This document shows positions 62,441 through 64,000 of a stretch of 64,000 nucleotides of DNA, piece by piece. The DNA comes from Lama guanicoe (lineage: Eukaryota). Position 1 is the stretch's first letter; the number at the start of each line of letters is the position of its first letter. A model generated the notes under the pieces. It was not told the DNA's origin, did no database searches, and saw nothing but the letters and a program-made list of their open reading frames with translations. The translations under genes and the position numbers were made by a program. Location of the stretch: assembly GCA_013239625.1 (NCBI GenBank), contig MU053304.1:496001-560000 (forward strand), given 5' to 3'.

Positions 62441-62949
62441 GAGCTTTGTTTCTGTTATTTCCAACTTTCATTCACTTTGCAGTCGCAGTATCTAGCATTG
62501 CCTGGAGCATAGTGGTACTTACCTGGCTAAACAAATATTGGTTGAAAGTGTTTGGGGTTCACCCTGGCAACTCTATCACCTGTTCTCTGCTCTGGGCTCC
62601 GGTCAAGTTCAGCTGCTTGGCCCCCCTCCCCAACCAAGCACCCATCATGCCTGCCTCGGCTTTCGTTGTCGACACCTCTGTTGGGGACACCATCTCTCCT
62701 CTCCTTTTAGGTTTGACTCAAGGAGGCCCTGATACTGGGATCTGAACTGTCAGTCTCCCTTCTCTGAATTCTTTGCTTTCACTACATGGGGACAGTTCAC
62801 GACTCACTTATAGAAAGTGGCATCTCCTTGAGGGAAGGGGGTGGACACACTGGGTTGTCTTTTCATCCCCTTGGGATCCCTGGGCACCAGACTTCCTCAC
62901 ATGAGCCATCTGCTGGCCCAGGAAGGGAGGTAAACGCATGCCTCTGTGG

Positions 62950-63185
62950 TCAGGCAGGTGACCTCAGTACTGATGTAGACCATGCAGCTCCTTCTAAGGG
63001 GTCAGCTCCGTTGCCAGTTGCCCTGAAGAAAAAAGGTTCTTAGGTTTTCAAGAGAAGCAGAAATCCATATTTTTATTTAAAATTTCCTTGCTTTGAAATG
63101 TTGGTAACTAATTCACAACTTAAGAAACACTATGTGGGGCAAATAAATCCATCAATGGGCTGGTTTCAGCCAAGGATTTGGAGAT
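62950..63185. mobile_element. hAT-Charlie MITE (MER102-like)
   Basis: 'tttcaagagaagcagaaatccatattttt...aaatgttggtaactaattca...aaacactatgtggggcaaata'. Confidence 0.6.
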
Positions 63186-63439
63186 TCTGCTGGGAATGAG
63201 GAATGCATGAATGGACAAATTCACAGCCAGGGCTGCAGCATGAAGGTGTGTGGGGTGTGACCTATGTAAGTCGTCAGCTGAGGGCAGGAGTCAGGGCTGG
63301 TGTCGAAGCGTCACTCACCACATCAGGCTGCCAGATGCACTGTGTCCAGCCAGAGGGTAGGCTGGTGGCTTTCCAAAGCTCCCTTTTCAAAATGGACAAA
63401 ATCACAAAAAAGAGTAAAAAGCATGTAGAGACCTGGGTC

Positions 63440-63542
63440 TAGGGTGACCAACTTGTCCTGGTTTGCCTGGTTTTAAATCCCAAAGTCCCACATCCCAAGA
63501 ACCCTCTTAGTCCCAGGCCAGCTGGGACGGTTGGGCACCCTA
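63440..63542. mobile_element. hAT-Blackjack MITE (MER81/MER94-like)
   Basis: Terminal inverted repeats tagggtgacca ... tgggcacccta. Confidence 0.75.
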
Positions 63543-64000
63543 GCTAGATCTGATCCCTCTTCCCACCATGTCCCCAGCCCGCTGGTGGACAATCATCATG
63601 GCAGCTGAAATATGTGAGCTCATTAAGTACCAGACATCATGTGTTAGGAGCTGCATTGTTTCCCTCACGTTTCATAACATCTTCATGGTGTGGATTTGTT
63701 ACCTGTTCTACAGATGACAGTTGGAGTTGCAGAGGGTGAAGTGATCGGCCCACGGCCAGTAGCCTTGCTGGGGTTTGAGCCTACATTGGTCTCGCTCTGT
63801 GCTCAACCCCACTCTCAGAGGGCGCAGCAGGGTGGCCTGAGCCTGAAGCCTCGGGGAAGGGGCAGGTTTCAGCTCCCCAGAAACGCACTTGCCTGGTTGG
63901 AGGTCCACCCAGGATCAATTTTTGCAGGTCTGAACCCTCCACGCCTGGCCTCTCAGACCTGCCCAGGCTCTTGTCTTTCTGTACTTTGGCCCCTAACCCC

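Noticed and set aside
1..64000. CRISPR arrays, operons, or prokaryotic/phage defence systems
   Set aside because: The sequence is clearly mammalian (MIR, L2, L1, MaLR, CpG islands); no regularly spaced direct repeats were seen
1..64000. Naming the neighbouring gene or human orthologous locus
   Set aside because: No coding exon or unique landmark that I can recognise with confidence; requires BLAT/liftOver

Overview
This is mammalian non-coding genomic DNA, most likely from a camelid (alpaca/llama/camel). That is inferred from five copies of a tRNA-Ala(AGC)-derived SINE of the vic-1 type plus three young L1 3' stubs. I can support no protein-coding exon, tRNA, rRNA, CRISPR array or other prokaryotic feature; the long ORFs in the track are artefacts of CpG islands and low-complexity DNA. 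The window holds four CpG islands (about 9.6-10.2, 23.85-24.6, 50.5-51.9 and 56.25-56.95 kb) with promoter-type motifs but no attached coding sequence. It also holds several near-consensus CTCF motifs, motif-dense enhancer candidates, and layered repeats (MIR, L2, L1M, MLT1, MER21, MER34-like LTRs, hAT MITEs). The most notable elements are an ISRE + NF-kB PRDII-type cluster at 36.2-36.5 kb, an RFX-CRE-RFX promoter at 56.6 kb lying between divergent CTCF motifs, and a 25-kb GC-rich left arm with no young insertions. Overall it looks like a regulatory archipelago or 5' flank of a gene outside the window, which I cannot name reliably. Repeat family names come from recalled consensus sequences and their boundaries are approximate unless TSDs are given. 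No novel biological system is demonstrable from the sequence alone.
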